64,000 bases of DNA. Origin: Octopus sinensis (taxonomy: Eukaryota). Both the position numbers and the translations under genes were made by a program. A model generated the notes under the pieces. The model was not told the DNA's origin. It saw only the letters and a list, made by a program, of their open reading frames with translations, and did no database searches. Location of the stretch: contig NC_042999.1 in the NCBI RefSeq assembly GCF_006345805.1, positions 155,806,001 through 155,870,000 on the forward strand. Direction: 5' to 3'. Position 1 is the stretch's first letter. Each line of letters opens with the position of its first letter. Positions 21,966 through 35,747 of the stretch are shown piece by piece.

Positions 21966-22363
21966 TTTACTTGTTTCAGTCATTTGACTGTGGCCATGCT
22001 GGAGCACTGCCTTTAGTGGAGCAAATCGACCCCAGGACTTATTCTTTGTAAGCCTAGTACTTATTCTATCGGTCTCTTTTGTCAAACTGCTAAGTTACGG
22101 AGACATAAACACACCAGCATCGGTTGTCAAGCGATGTTGGAGGGGGACAAACATATACACACACGTACATATATATATATATATATATATACATATATAC
22201 AATGGGCTTCTTTCAGTTTCCGTCTACCAAATTCACTCACAAGGCTTTGAATGGCCAAAGGCTATAGTGGAAGACACTTGCCCAAGGTGCCATGCAGTGG
22301 GACTGAACCTGGAACCATGTGGTTCGTAAGCAAGCTACTTACCACAAAGCCACTCCTACGCCT
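21966..22363 (-). mobile_element. SINE family A, full length
   Basis: Reverse complement of 6612-7020. Confidence 0.9.
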
Positions 22364-24612
22364 ATTGAGTACTTCTCATTTGTCTGATATAAATTATGTA
22401 CATGTATATGGATCAATCAATCGATCAACCAAGACAGACAGACACAAATACATATGGTGGCTTTTGTACAATCTGTCAACCAAATTCCATCACAAGGAAT
22501 TAGACAGTGGAAGGCATTGATTTAAGGGATTTACTGGTGATGCAGTTTGGGATTGAACCAAGAACCATATGGTTTTGAAGTGAACTTGTTAACTACACAG
22601 TCATGTCTATTTTAATGAATTCTAAATCTCTTCAATTCAACAAACCTAATATAAAAGAATATAGGACACTGCACCACAAAGTAGAAGAATCTACCAAGGA
22701 ATGGAATCCTGCATTTATTTGGATAACTGCCTTTGGATTCCTTTAGTTGTCACCAAAATAACATCTTCCAATATCTCATAAATACATAACATTGTATAGG
22801 TTTCTTAAGGTAATGGGAAGACTATTTCAATGGATGTGCTTCCTTAGTCACTTTGTCAAAACACCGATAAATATAGACATTTAAAAAATAACTAAATTTC
22901 ATACCAAAAAAATAATAAATAAAGAACTGAATTTTTTTTTATAGATTTTAAAATTGTTTTTTTTTTTTCTTCCTTTGAAAATACAGGAGTTTTAAAAAAT
23001 CCTCAATAGAAAAAAAAGTGTGCGTGTGTGTGTGCATGCATAGGGGCTTTACTATCAATGAATAGAAAAAAGAAAAGTCATAATTCCAGATTTGTAAACA
23101 GTTGAAATTACTCTAACCTCCTCCTCTCCCACCTTTCATTAATTCTTTTCTCCCGTCTATTACTAACCTCAAAGCCCTCCCCTTTAACGGTTTGTATTCA
23201 TAAATCATTTCATCAAATAAACCAGTTTTTAAGTAAAAAATATCAGCAAGACACACACACTACTTGTTTCAGTTTTTAGACTGTGGCCATGCTGGAGCAC
23301 CATCCTAGAGAGGTTAGTCAAATTAATTGACCCCCAATACTTTTTGCTGAGCCACGAAATTACAGGGATGTAAACAAACCAAGCCTGGTTGTTAAGTAGT
23401 GGTTGGGAACAAACAAGAACACACACACACACATCTTTTATCTTTCGCTTGTTTCAGTCATTAGACTGCAGCCATGCTGGGGCACTGCCTTGAGGAATAA
23501 TAGTTGAACAAAACCCCAGAGCTTATTTCAAGCCTGGTACTTAGTCTATCAATGTTGAAAGGATTCTATCGGTCTCTTTTGTTGAACTGCGAAGTTATGG
23601 GAGAGAAACACACCAACAATGTTTCCTCTTGTGGTATGGTCTGGTCAGGGCAAACACAGACAGACACATACGTACATGTGACTATCTTCTTTCAGTTCCC
23701 GTCTACTGAATCCACTCACAAGGCTTCGGTTGGCCCAGAGACATAGTAGAAAACTCCTGTCCAAAGTGCCATGCAGTGAAACCAAATCTGGAACCGTGTG
23801 GTTGGGAAGAAAACTTCTTAACTCAGCCACGCCTATACCTATAATTCCGTCGTGGATTAAGACTTAGGAATGGCAGCTTAAAAGGTTAAAAAAAAAAAAG
23901 TGTTGGGATGGAGAACCAAAAATATTTCAAGAAAGATATTAACCCTGGCTTCATTAGAAATACATTTTGTGGTTGGTTTCATTGGGTTAGTCTTCTAATA
24001 GGATCAATCTACATTCTATTGGCATTTCATGCCTTGTTATAGAGAATACAAATGATAAATACAATTCCAAGCTATTCAATTGTTTTCTCTATCTAATTTG
24101 ATGCCCATAATGTAATATATTCTTAGAGTTCATTAAAAATCTATCAACCCCTGCCATTGTCAATCAACCCCAGTTACACTTATTTACTGAGTGAGCTTCC
24201 TTCAAATCATATACATTAGTAATCCAGAACTGCCACTGCATTTACCATTAATCTGCATTACTCATCAATGAGATTTCGTATGTATCCTTCAATGAGAATC
24301 AGATAACTTGGGAGTGTTCAAGACATTGAGACGAGAGATGCCCTAACACTTCCCTTGACTGAAAAACACTGCTTTTTACAAACTGTTATTCTCTTCATAA
24401 CATGACACATCAACCGATCAAGTTTCTATCGTTTTTCAAAATACATCAAAATGGTCTGCTAGAGATAGGGGCAGCATTACAAAGAGTTTAAATCTGATGA
24501 CTTTTATAGAGAGGAAAGACAAGTACTACAATCATTTATCTGTCTGACCATGAAATCTATTGTGGTTACTAATCTAATCAATTCAGAGCCTGCAACACAC
24601 ACACACACACAC

Positions 24613-24955
24613 AGGTGCAGGGATGGCTGTGGTGAGAAGTTTGCTTCCCAACCACATGGTTCCAGGTTCAGTCCCACTGTATGGCACCTTGGGCAAGAGT
24701 TTTCTTCTAAAGCCTTGTGAGTGGATTTGGTAGACGGAAACTGAAAGAAGCCTGTTGTATGTGTGCATGTGTATTCATTTCCCACCACTGCTTGACAACT
24801 GTTGGTGTGTTTATGTTCCTGTAACTTATTCCTTCAGTCTCTTTTGCTGAACCACTAAGTACCAGGCTTTAAAAAAAATATTGGGGTCGATTCATTTGAC
24901 AAAAAACTCCAGCATGGCCACAGCCCAATGACTGTTACAAGTGAAAAAATAGATA
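24613..24955 (+). mobile_element. SINE family A, diverged
   Basis: Head, CORE-like segment and tail are recognisable. Confidence 0.8.
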
Positions 24956-25824
24956 AAAGATTTATTGGAGAAAACAGGGAACCATTAATGAAGTAGCTTC
25001 CAACTTCAGTCTAGAATCGAAAACATTACTGTTCATTAATACAGAATATCTTGTTTGCTGTTAATATGAGCAATTATATGATTGTAGCCGTGATTCTAAT
25101 TAGCCATAATCATTTGCTTGTTTCTGTGTGGTGGTGGTAGTAGTAATAGCTGCAGCCTAAGCACAGGCATGATAAATATATCGTTTACTGTGTACCATGT
25201 ATGGTAGTAGCTGTTAGAGCCAGAGATAAATCTGCTTGTCAACTACAGATAATTTATGGTGTCCTATATGTTTGTAGATCATTTCTACATATAAACCATC
25301 ATCATTGTTGATTCAATGTCCACTTTTCCATGCTTGCTTGGGTCAGTCAAAGTTCAATGAGGTACATTTTCTACAGCTGAATGTCCTTCAGGTCACCAAA
25401 CATCACTCGTTTCTAATTCTGCTAGTATTTCTCCATGGCAAGTCGCACTTTCCAAGAAGGAAATAGAAATGAATGACATCCTTGTATGGCAGCGAAATCC
25501 ATTTATAACTAACACATGATGTCAAGACACAGAGGCCCAAATACACACACACACATATACATACGCACACACATCATCGTTTAACATCCGCTTTCCATGC
25601 TAGCATGGGTTGGACGATTTGACTGAGGACTGGCGAACCAGACGGCTGCACCAGGCTCCAATCTTGATCTGGCAGAGTTTCTACAGCTGGATGCCCTTCC
25701 TAATGCCAACCACTCAGAGTGTAGTGGGTGCTTATTTGTGCCACCGGCATGATAAACACTTTCAATTTCAATTGGCTTGCTCACTCACCTTTATTTGGCA
25801 CTCTGACAAAGGCAAGCAAACTAA

Positions 25825-25909
25825 AACTTTGTAGTCACTATCAAGCTTTTTCCTTGTAAAAGTTTAATCTCTAACTTTTACAAGGAAAAGGTTGATAGTG
25901 TTCAAAGTT
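25825..25909. ncRNA. Long near-perfect hairpin of pre-miRNA dimensions (candidate only)
   Basis: 28-bp upper stem 25836-25864 / 25873-25900 (1 G-U, 1 bulge), 8-nt loop, and a 7-bp basal stem 25825-25831 / 25903-25909. Confidence 0.35.
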
Positions 25910-25968
25910 CCAGCTTGCTTGACATCATCAAACTCTGCTAAAAAGCACTGAGTAATCTTTTAGTTTAA

Positions 25969-26192
25969 ACCTTTGGCACTTCAAATTACTCAGTCAAATG
26001 TAATGTTTTCCTGTTCACATTGTTTTGAACTAATCTTGGATTATCTCAAAGCTTCAAAATTTCAATGATGATGTGATTGCTTATTTTTAGAATGACATTG
26101 CAGGGTAGATATGAAAGGCCAGATCTAACTGGTTTGAACATGAAAACGGGTAGAGTATTTGGGCCGGTGATGGCCTATTTAATGCTAACAGG
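25969..26192. mobile_element. piggyBac-type MITE family 1, diverged, opposite orientation to 4838
   Basis: TTAA at 25965-25968 and 26193-26196; internal homology to 4838-5050. Confidence 0.8.
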
Positions 26193-27371
26193 TTAATGTT
26201 AATTTCTTTTTATGTACAACTAGACATAAAAACCCAACTGCAATACACACACACATACATCAGTATTCTGAATGTGTTGCGAGGAAAGGAGATGATTTAG
26301 TCTTTACAAAACGAGAAACAATTTCTCAGGAAGGCTTTTGTAATATTTCATGTATTTTAAGAGAGCAATAAACTAAAAGTTCAAGAAAATCTTCAGAAAT
26401 TTCATAAATGCTGTTTTGTGTTTTTTACTCCTTCACCTCATCTCCATGCTTTTAGCAAATTAGCTTTTGTACTACACACCCTAATCTCAGGAGAGGGGGG
26501 TTTGTCTTGCAAGGTACTTGCTGACCTCAAAAAGCATCCAATACACTCTAAAGTGGTTGGCATAAGGAAGGGCATCCAGCTGTAGAAATATATGCCAAAA
26601 CAGACAAAGGAGCCTGGTGTGGGTTCTTGCCTTGCCAGCTAGCTCCTGTTGAGCTGTCCAACCCATGCCAGCATGGAAAACAGGCTTTAAAATGATGATA
26701 GTGTCTCTAAAACTGGATAGTTTAAACATAGAAGCTTGTGATCTCTAAGACATGGCCTGAATGTTTAAACAGTTGACTCTGTTCAAGACATCCAATTGGC
26801 TGTGCTAAACCTGGTTACGGATTAGTTCTACCACCCAACATTTACACTGCTTTTACTGAAATACTTGACAGGGAAACAAAACAGAAACAAAAAAATTTTA
26901 ATAAATATATAGAAAAACTTGTATTTCAGGTTAAGACAAGTTAGACTTGGAAATGATTTCCACTTTCTAATTATTAGAAAAGAAAGAGAAAAAACAAAAA
27001 AAAAAACAAAATGAAAGGCTGAGTATATTATATTGACAGCAACGACGAAGACATCTGAAAGTAGGTAGTTTTAATTAAATAAAATACAATCCAACAAGCT
27101 TTTATATTTCTTCAATAATAATAATAACTTGGAGTGATTTTTGCTTTCAAAGTTTAATTCAATAACATATTCATAGATATGTGGTCATTCAGGTTTTAAA
27201 ATCAACATAACTTGTAGACATGATGGAGAAGTTTGTTGTTTTTTTTTTGTACGTTTCACTTTTTTTTTTTTTTTAGTTATTACATTAACTTAAATGCATT
27301 GAATTAGTGGTTGACCTTTTTCATTGTTGATTGATGGTATTGCAGAGACAGTAACTTAACCACCCTGGAAT

Positions 27372-27570
27372 AAGGCGGCGCGCTGGCAGAAACGTTAGCA
27401 TGCCGGGCGAAATGCTTAGAGGTATTTCGTCTGCCGTTACGTTCTGAGTTCAAATTCCGCCGAGGTCAACTTTGCCTTTCATCCTTTCGGGGTCGATATA
27501 ATCGACTTAATCCGTTTTTCCCCTGTTTGTCCCCTCTGTGTGTAGCCCCTTGTGGGCAGTAAAGAAATAA
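27372..27570 (+). mobile_element. SINE family B
   Basis: Near consensus; 14-bp flanking direct repeat TAACTTAACCACCC at 27352-27365 and 27568-27581. Confidence 0.9.
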
Positions 27571-28411
27571 CTTAACCACCCCTACTGTGCTTAGACTGTT
27601 CCCAGAAGCAAGAGCCTAGCCACAAGTTTACTGAACACCTTTTTCCCCTCATAGATACACCACAAAGGAAAGACAAGTCAATACATTTGCAGCATCCATG
27701 GAGCTGTAAAGGTGCTATATAGTGTTTAAGAATAACCATACGTATCTGCTTTAGGGTCTTTCCCTCTGGAATTTCTGTAGAGGGTTTATGCCCTTATTGA
27801 ATGAATATGTTTATTGTTCCAACTACTCTTCACTGCAGTCTCATACTACAACCATATACCCTGCCACAGTCCTACCATCTCTCTCTCTCTCTCTCTCCAG
27901 GCCTTGATGTCACAATTCTATCATCTTTGGTACCCACAAACCCATTTTCCATTCACTGAAGATGAAGTCACAGAGTTTATGATAAAGTGATCAAACTATT
28001 GCAGTTTTTGCAATTTGACTATTGGTCACCAACTTCCATTCCCATATCAAGAACTGAACCATTCAGTCTGCAGGTTGACCAACTGATCTACTGTCCACAC
28101 CCATAATAGCCATATGTCAACCTGCCCTTATAGTTCGTGCTCCACACCAATTATGATGTGACTGGTTAAACAAAGAAATCTATTAAGAAATAGAGCTGCA
28201 TCTTCACATCATCCCTGAGTATCTTTTATATTTCACTTGTTTCAGCCATTAAACTGCAGCCATGTTGAGGCACCACCTTCAAGAATTTTTAATCAAGAAA
28301 ATCAACTCCAGTACTTTAAGATGGTACTTATTCTATCAATCTTTTCTGCCAAGTTATGGGGACATAAACAAACCAACACCAGCAGAGATGGAGCACAAAA
28401 ACATACGTGTA

Positions 28412-28447
<36 letters not shown>

Positions 28448-29084
28448 TGGGCTTCTTTCAGTTTCCATCAACCAGATCCACTCAAAAGGGTTTTGTCAGC
28501 CCAGGGCTAGAGTAGAAGATACTTGCCGAAGGTACCACACACTGGGACTGAACCCAGAATCATGCAGTTGGGAAGCAAGCTTGTTACCACACAGCCATAC
28601 TTGAACCTTCATTTATACAACAATTTCCTTTGAAACCGACAAAACGATTTCCTGTTAGGATTGTACAGCTTCACTTTAAATTAAGATTTCATTTCCGAGC
28701 TGTTGTTTGGCAGCATTATTAAAGCCATGGACAAAATACCATGTAGTATTTGTCTTGGTTCCTCACATTCTGAGTTCAAATCATTCTGCCAAGATTATCT
28801 TTCATCTCTTAAAAGTCCCAAAATTAGTAGGGTCAATATAATCAACTACTGGCCTTGCCAAAATTTCTGGTCGTATGCCTCATGTCAGAAACACTGAAAA
28901 TGGCTGTGTGGTAAGAAACTTGCTTCCCAACCACATGGTTCTGGGTTCAGTCCCATTGCGCGGCACTTTGGGCATGGGTCTACTATAGACTTGAGCCAAC
29001 CAAAGGTTTGTAAGTGGATTTAGTAGATGGAAACTGAAAGAAGCCCATCGCACATAGTCACCATGATTGATCGCTAAATCCACA

Positions 29085-29235
29085 AGTTTGTTTTATTCTC
29101 TGCTTATTTCCTTGAGTTCCTTTCTGTTGAAGATTGTAGGCTCGAAATGTAAAAGACTTACTCATCTTCCCGACCGTCAAACTAATACACCTGCTTGTTT
29201 ATACACCAGTCTTGTTTTTCTGTAAATTTCAACTA
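29085..29235 (+). mobile_element. Penelope-like remnant with a decayed hammerhead-like motif (29120-29155)
   Basis: CTTT-CTGTTGA-A-GATTGTAGGCTC-GAAA-TGTA-AAAG; the core A6 is replaced by U. Confidence 0.4.
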
Positions 29236-29611
29236 ATATATATATAGTGTTTCCCCACCACCACCACCACCACCGCTTAAATGGTGTTAGTGTTTACATC
29301 CCCGTAACTTAACAATTCAGTAAAGGACCCAACAGAATAAGTGCCAGGCTTAAATTAGAAAAGGTACTAGAGTCAATTCATTCAACTGAAAATTCTTTAA
29401 GGTATTGCTCCAGTATGGCTCTAGTCTAATGACAAGAAGTAAAAGGTAAAAGAAATGGCATAATGAAAGCACATAGAATCCACATTCACAGACCTGCTAT
29501 CGCACAAATATGTGGACACACACAATGGGTTTTGTACAGTTTCCATCAACCAGTGCCATTCACAAAGCATTGGTTGACCTGGAATTGTAGCAAAAGAGAT
29601 GCCATGCCAAG

Positions 29612-29848
29612 AAGGCGGCAAGCTGGCAGAAACGTTAGCAAACTGGGCGAAATGCTTAGCTGTATTCCGTCTGCCTTTACATTCTGAGTTCAAATTCCGC
29701 CGAGGTCGACTTTGCCTTTCATCCTTTCGAGGTCGATAAATTAAGTACCAGTTATGCACGAGGGTTGATGTAATCGACTTAATCTCTTTGTCTGTCCTTG
29801 TTCGTCCCCTCTATGTTTAGCCCCTTGTGGGCAATAAAGAAATAAGAG
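29612..29848 (+). mobile_element. SINE family B nested in a family A fragment
   Basis: Near-consensus full length. Confidence 0.9.
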
Positions 29849-30560
29849 AAGCCATGCAGGAGATAAAAAGAAAAAAAAAAGCACCTTGTTGCAAAGCAAA
29901 CTTCATTTCCGCATAAACTTAAGAAAATTACTATGTGATGATGAGGTTTACTATCAGTATTTTGCAACAGATCCAAAAACAGGAATGTGCTCATTGCTGT
30001 TGTATTTCATCATTGGAGAACAACTTTTAGACAAATGTATTTATAATACTCTCAATTCATTGAAGTGAGACACTAGTGTTTCCACCTTGTTCGTTTCTTG
30101 AGCCAAAGCTATCCCGCGTCAATGAATCTAATAGAAGTTTTTGGTTCTTGTTTACAGAATCCAACAAACAAATTATTTGCTGATGTCTGCCAAACTGATA
30201 ATAAATCATGAGCATGGCGAACAGCTAGAATCAAAATGGTGACATACATATTCGTTCTTAATATATTCCAGCAGATTCAAACAACTTCTTTCAGATGAAA
30301 GTGTGTTTTGTAACATACGATTAGAGAGAATCAGGGTGTAACTTTGGACTCCTAAACCAGATTAAAACTGCTGTTGATTTATAATATAACAAGGTACACA
30401 GTAGGAGTTTAGCTGAAACCGTGTGCTAAATAATAATATTGTGAATGTAAAAAAACTGTTCCATAAAATTGCCACCATATGTTCCAGTCACAATACTCTA
30501 TATTTATAAATGATGGAGATAAAGCAAATGTGAAATAAATAGATGGTAGTCCTCTCCTAC

Positions 30561-30670
30561 CTTGAAGTATATAGCTCTCTGCTCGTTTGAGACAGCAGAA
30601 TAGAAGATGAAAGGAGATACAAGATATCTCTTTAGTCCCATTAGGTAGTACAATAAGCTTGTGAGAGGAA
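30561..30670 (-). CDS. Candidate 110-nt internal exon
   Basis: Acceptor TTTACTTACCTCCTGGCAG and donor AAG|GTAGGA. Open frames are PLTSLLYYLMGLKRYLVSPFIFYSAVSNEQRAIYFK or SSHKLIVLPNGTKEISCISFHLLFCCLKRAESYILQ. Confidence 0.4.
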
Positions 30671-32984
30671 CTGCCAGGAGGTAAGTAAATATATGTATAT
30701 CCACCAACAGTTGGAAGATAAGAATGATACTTTTATTAAAACAGAAGCTATCTCATTTGAAAACATACATATCTTATGTCAGCATTATTATTATTATTAT
30801 TATTACTACCATTAAAGTGGCAGGTTTGTAAAATTTTGTGTTGGGCAAAATATCTAGTGGCGTTTCTTTCAGGTTTTGAGTTCAAACCCTACCAAGGTCA
30901 ATTTCATCCTTTCAGGTCCGACAAAATAAAATTCTGTGGTTAATGTTATCAACAAATATCCTCTCCTCAAATTTGCTGGCTGGCTCTGTGCCAATATTAC
31001 AATTAATGTTGTTGTTGTTACAACAACAACGGATTCTTACTGCACAGGAGAGCACATATCAAACAGCTGAGTAATTTTTTTTCCCTCTTTCCCATTCAAA
31101 ATACCGAATGTTCTAAGATGTGTGCAAATCCTAGCTCTACATATTATTGGCGGTGTTGGTGTTGCGTTAGGCACAGGAGCTAGTAAACAAACAACTGGAA
31201 GGTTTACCTTTCAGTGAAAGTGATAACACACAGAACAGAAAGGAAATAAAAAAAAAAGACACACACACTAAAACATCATTATTTAATACCCAGGTTCCAT
31301 ACTGAGATGGGTTGGACTAAACATCATTTAACATCCTTTCAGGAGATCTTTGACAATATTGATTCATCAACAAGTATGTCAAGAATTATTATCACCATAA
31401 TTTTATGCCTGTTTTGGAGGGTTGTGGTGAGAATCCATGAGACCCACTAATCCATGCCAACATCTAGCTGATACAGTAAAAGAGAAAAATAAACGGCTGA
31501 AACTTTTGGATAGCAAGATATTTTTGACAGTATTCTATGGCTTGATGCCCTTTCTATCAACAACCAATCTACAGAGTGTTCTGGGTGCATTCTATTATGC
31601 CATCACCTACAAAAAAAACCCCCCAAAAAACTGGCATTCCATTGGTTACATCGATGGGGGTTCTGATTGATCCAATCAAGGGAACACTCCACAGACACAT
31701 GCACCCTTAATGTAATTCTCAGGAAGATTCTGTGTGACACAGAATATGACAAGACTGGCCCTTTGAATTACAATTTATTTCTGCTAGCTGGGTGGACTGG
31801 AGCAATGTGAAATAAGTTTCTTGCTCAAGGACCCAATGTGCTGCCAGGAATTGAACTCATGACCTTATGGATTCAAGCCAAATATTATATCAACTAAGTC
31901 AGGCACCTTCGCTGCCATCTTCTGTAAAGCAATTGTACTTGTCCATTTATTGTTAAGTTGCTTGGTATTTCTCAATTGAAAATTTAAGACAATAGAAAGA
32001 AGAAAATAAGGCAGCAAACTGGCTGAATCGTTAGCACACCAGGAGAAATGCTTAGCGGTATTTCGTCTGCCACTATGTTCTGAGTTCAAATTCAACCGAG
32101 GTCGATAAATTAAGTACCAGATATGCACTGAGGTTGTTGTAATCGGCTTAATCCCTTTGTCTATCCTTGTTTGTCTCCTCTATGTTTAGCCCCTTGTGGG
32201 CAGTAAAGAAATAAGAAAACATTTGATCTAGGAGATGAGAAGTAAACCACATTGGTTTATAAGAATACTTCAAGTAAAGAACAAAATCCAAAAGTCCATT
32301 ATCATCATTAATGTTCACTTTTCCATGCTTGTGCAAGTCAGATGGAATTCATTCAGGCAGATTTTCTATGGCTGGATGCCCTTCCTGTAGCCAACTCTCA
32401 ACTGTTTCCAAGCAAAATAATATTTCCCCATGGCCACTCATTTTTCACAGCACATTGGTAATGCATGACAAGGAAACATACACACACATACATATACAGT
32501 GGGCATCTTTCAGTTTCCATCTACCAAACTCACAAGGCTTTGGTCAGCCCTGGGTTATAAATAGACACGTGCCGTACAGTGTGACTGAACCCAAAACTGT
32601 GTGATTAGGAAATGAACCCCTTAACCATGCAGCCATTCCAATGAATATATAAAATATAAACTTGTAAATACAGACAAAATAAGATTGAAATCAGTCAGAC
32701 CAACTTGTCTTTATTAATTAGGATAATTCCTGATGTTAATAAAATACTTGACCATATTTGCCAGGAGGGTAAGCGTTAAGTTTTAGTGGCTTCGATGAAT
32801 TTTTAAAGTGATGATATGTGCAAGCATAGCTGTGTGGTTTGGGGTTCAGTTCTAGTCTGCAGCACCCGAGACAAGTGTCATCTATTATAGCCCTGGGATG
32901 ACTAAAGCCTAGTGAGTGGATCTGGCAGATAGAAACGGAATGAAGCCAAGTGTGTGTGTGTGTGTGTGTGTGTTTTGTCACATG

Positions 32985-33200
32985 TTAATTGCAAATGAGT
33001 GTCACCATCATACAGTGTCTTTCATACCAATCATCCATGGAAGCATATCCGGCCAAAAGGAAATGTTATCTTACTTGGAAACCTGTGAGGGTTGGCAACA
33101 GGAAATGCATCCGGCCATAAAAAATATCTGTCTCAATGAATTCCATCTGATTCATGCAAGCATGGAAAAACAGACAATAAAACAATGGGGATGATGATGA
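32985..33200 (+). mobile_element. Family E repeat (shares the AGGAAGGGCATCC motif and CATGCAAGCATGGAAA..(GAT)n tail with family C)
   Basis: Homologues on the - strand at ~6280, 21385, 25305, 32305, 50840 and 56340. Confidence 0.75.
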
Positions 33201-33236
33201 TTATTGCAGTCGGGGATGATGATTATTGATGATGAT

Positions 33237-33458
33237 AAGGCGGTGAGCTGGCAGAAACGTTAGCATGCCGGGCGAAATGCTTAGCAGTATTTCATTTGCC
33301 GCTACGTTCTGAGTTCAAATTCCGCCAAGGTCGACTTTACCTTTCATCCTTTCGGGGTTGATTAAATAAGTACCAGTTGCACACTGGGGTTGATGTAATT
33401 GACTTAATCCCTTTGTTTGTCCCCACTGTGTATAGCTCCTTGTGAGCAGTAAAGAAAT
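33237..33458 (+). mobile_element. SINE family B inserted in a (GAT)n tail
   Basis: Near consensus. Confidence 0.88.
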
Positions 33459-35526
33459 GGATGATTATTAAATTCATCAAAGACTGTCAACCAAAGACAA
33501 AGCACTTCAAATCCTACTTTGTCTTCATTTTATTTGGCTTACTTTCAATCCAGGTTTACACATTAGGAAATGTTGTTCCAGCATCACTGATGTTTAGCCC
33601 GTGATCGATCACAAACACAGCAAACCTATTGATTCCAGTATTACTCTGAAGAATCACCACTAATCTCATCCAACAACTAAGATTGTCACTTTAGACTATT
33701 TATTGGTTAAAATGTATAACTGAATATCACTAACACACATTTCAATAGTTTTTTGTTGTTTTTTTTTTTAAATACTGGAACAGAGCAATCTTTAGAAACC
33801 TGAAACCTTGTAAAGTTTTCTGCTTGAGCACCCAAACAACTATCTATGAATAAAACAGAAAACCTTGTGGAGATTTACAATATTAATTTTCCCATGCCCT
33901 TATTCGCATCAATACACACACACACACACACACACGTATATATGTGTTACATATGTAACAGATGTATATACAAACACAAACTTGTATGCGTGTGACCAGA
34001 AATCAAGATAAAAAAAATTATGCTGGTATCATATCAAGCAATATCTTTCATTAACACTTCTGCCGCCAATTTGCCAATATCGGTGTGTGTGTGTGTGTGT
34101 GTGTGTGTGGGCATGGCTGTGCAGTTAAGAAGTTTGCTTCACAAAAATGGGATCAGTTCCACAGCCTGGCACTTTGGGCTAATGTTATCTGCTGTACTGT
34201 GCGTGCGTGCATTGTTGGGTCTTTCATTAATGCTTTTGACGCCAATCTATCAGGACCAAATTAAAACCTCATCCAATATATTTTCAAGGAGAGTCAGCAG
34301 ATAAAAGCGGGAGGGGGGAAAATAAATTAAGAAAATGGAGGTGGGGGTAGCTAATTAGAAAATGGTTCATGATTCAGGTCTTTGGAAATAGTTGGTCACA
34401 GAAAGACATCAAAATATGAAAGGAAAAGAATGAGCTTAGAAAGCCGTTTACAAGAAGAAACGCATGACACATGGGGTCTAAGTCTTTTCAAATATCAAAA
34501 TGGCTATTGATTATTAGACAAAAGTCTTAATGAAGATGGAAGATCAATTGAAATGCGAAGCAGGAATTTAAACAGAAAATAGGAACAAAGAAAAAATAAA
34601 CAAACAAAAAAAACCCTGCCAATAAATGAAATGAATGAATACGCATCTTTGTAAACAACAGAAACGGCTTCTCTCATGTCAACAAAGTGTTAGTTGAATT
34701 TAAGTTAATCATTTATTGTCAATATTAATTAGTTGGATGACGAAGCTTACATCATGTGCACATGCATACACTAAACAGACACTTATTCATAAAATATTAC
34801 AAACCAGCGCAAAAGTAGATCATAAAAACAGACAAAAAAAAATCACTGAGACTTGTTAATTAAAAATCTATTTATTATTTTGTGTCGTTAAGAGCTGAGA
34901 TGACAACACGTTCCAGTCACTAAACTTGATGACTGCATAGTTCCAGAAATCTTGAATTTACAGTTATTTATATAACATTAAACAATTATATTCATAACAA
35001 GCATTCCATAATACTCTTCAGATTAACAGCTATGATAGTGACTAATTAATTGAGATTAAATATAATTTAGTCACCGTCTCCTATATTAGAGGTAATAAAT
35101 TTCATTTATGTATGTGGTTGGTTGTAAAGACACATCACTGATGAGGCTCAAGAGCGCTGAAATGTAGTTGCTGCTGGAATGATTTTTCCATCTCCCTCTG
35201 ATATCTTTTACTTGTTTCAGTCATTAGACTCTGGCCATGCTGGGGCACTGCCTTGAATTTTTAATCATGAATTGATCCCAGGACATTACTTTTCTTTTTT
35301 AAACTGGGTACTTTATCAGTTTCTTTAGCCAAACTACTAAGTTATAGGGATGTAAACACACCAACACCAGCTGTTAAACAGCAAAAGAGAACTGGGGTCA
35401 ATTTATTTACTTAAAGTTCTACAAGGTGGTGCTCCAGCATGGCTGAAACGAAATAAAAGTATTCTGACGAACTATGAAGATATTTTCTTCATTATATTCC
35501 TTGGTTGAAAAACGAGTAAGGTTTAA

Positions 35527-35747
35527 CCCTTTCGTTACTGTATTTCTTTTGAGATGCTCTGAGTTTCTTTCAATTAATTTTAAATATAACAAAGAATTTA
35601 GAAAAATAATTTAGTATCATTAAGCTAGTGTTATGAACATAAATTGGGACTAAAGTTTGGTGGAAGATTTTAGTTCAAAACTTATGAAAACAAGACATTT
35701 GTACTACAGAGCCAGAAGCAGTTTCAGCCAGGTTGGTATTGAAAGGT
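35527..35747. mobile_element. piggyBac-type MITE family 2
   Basis: TTAA at 35523-35526 and 35748-35751; CCCTTTCG / TGAAAGGT termini; related fragments at ~1441-1640, ~37760 and ~39680. Confidence 0.75.

Noticed and set aside
10725-30670. Assignment of the host gene as an ABCG-type transporter (LLYYLMG..RAIYFKE, RYAFE and a C-terminal hydrophobic helix at ~10725-10790)
   Set aside because: The resemblances are loose, spacing between motifs is wrong, alternative frames are equally open, and no nucleotide-binding domain was seen. No gene symbol is given.
35138-35170. Hammerhead-like CTGATGAGGCTCAAGAGCGCTGAAATGTA
   Set aside because: Core words are present, but stem II does not close next to GAAA and no stem I pairing exists.
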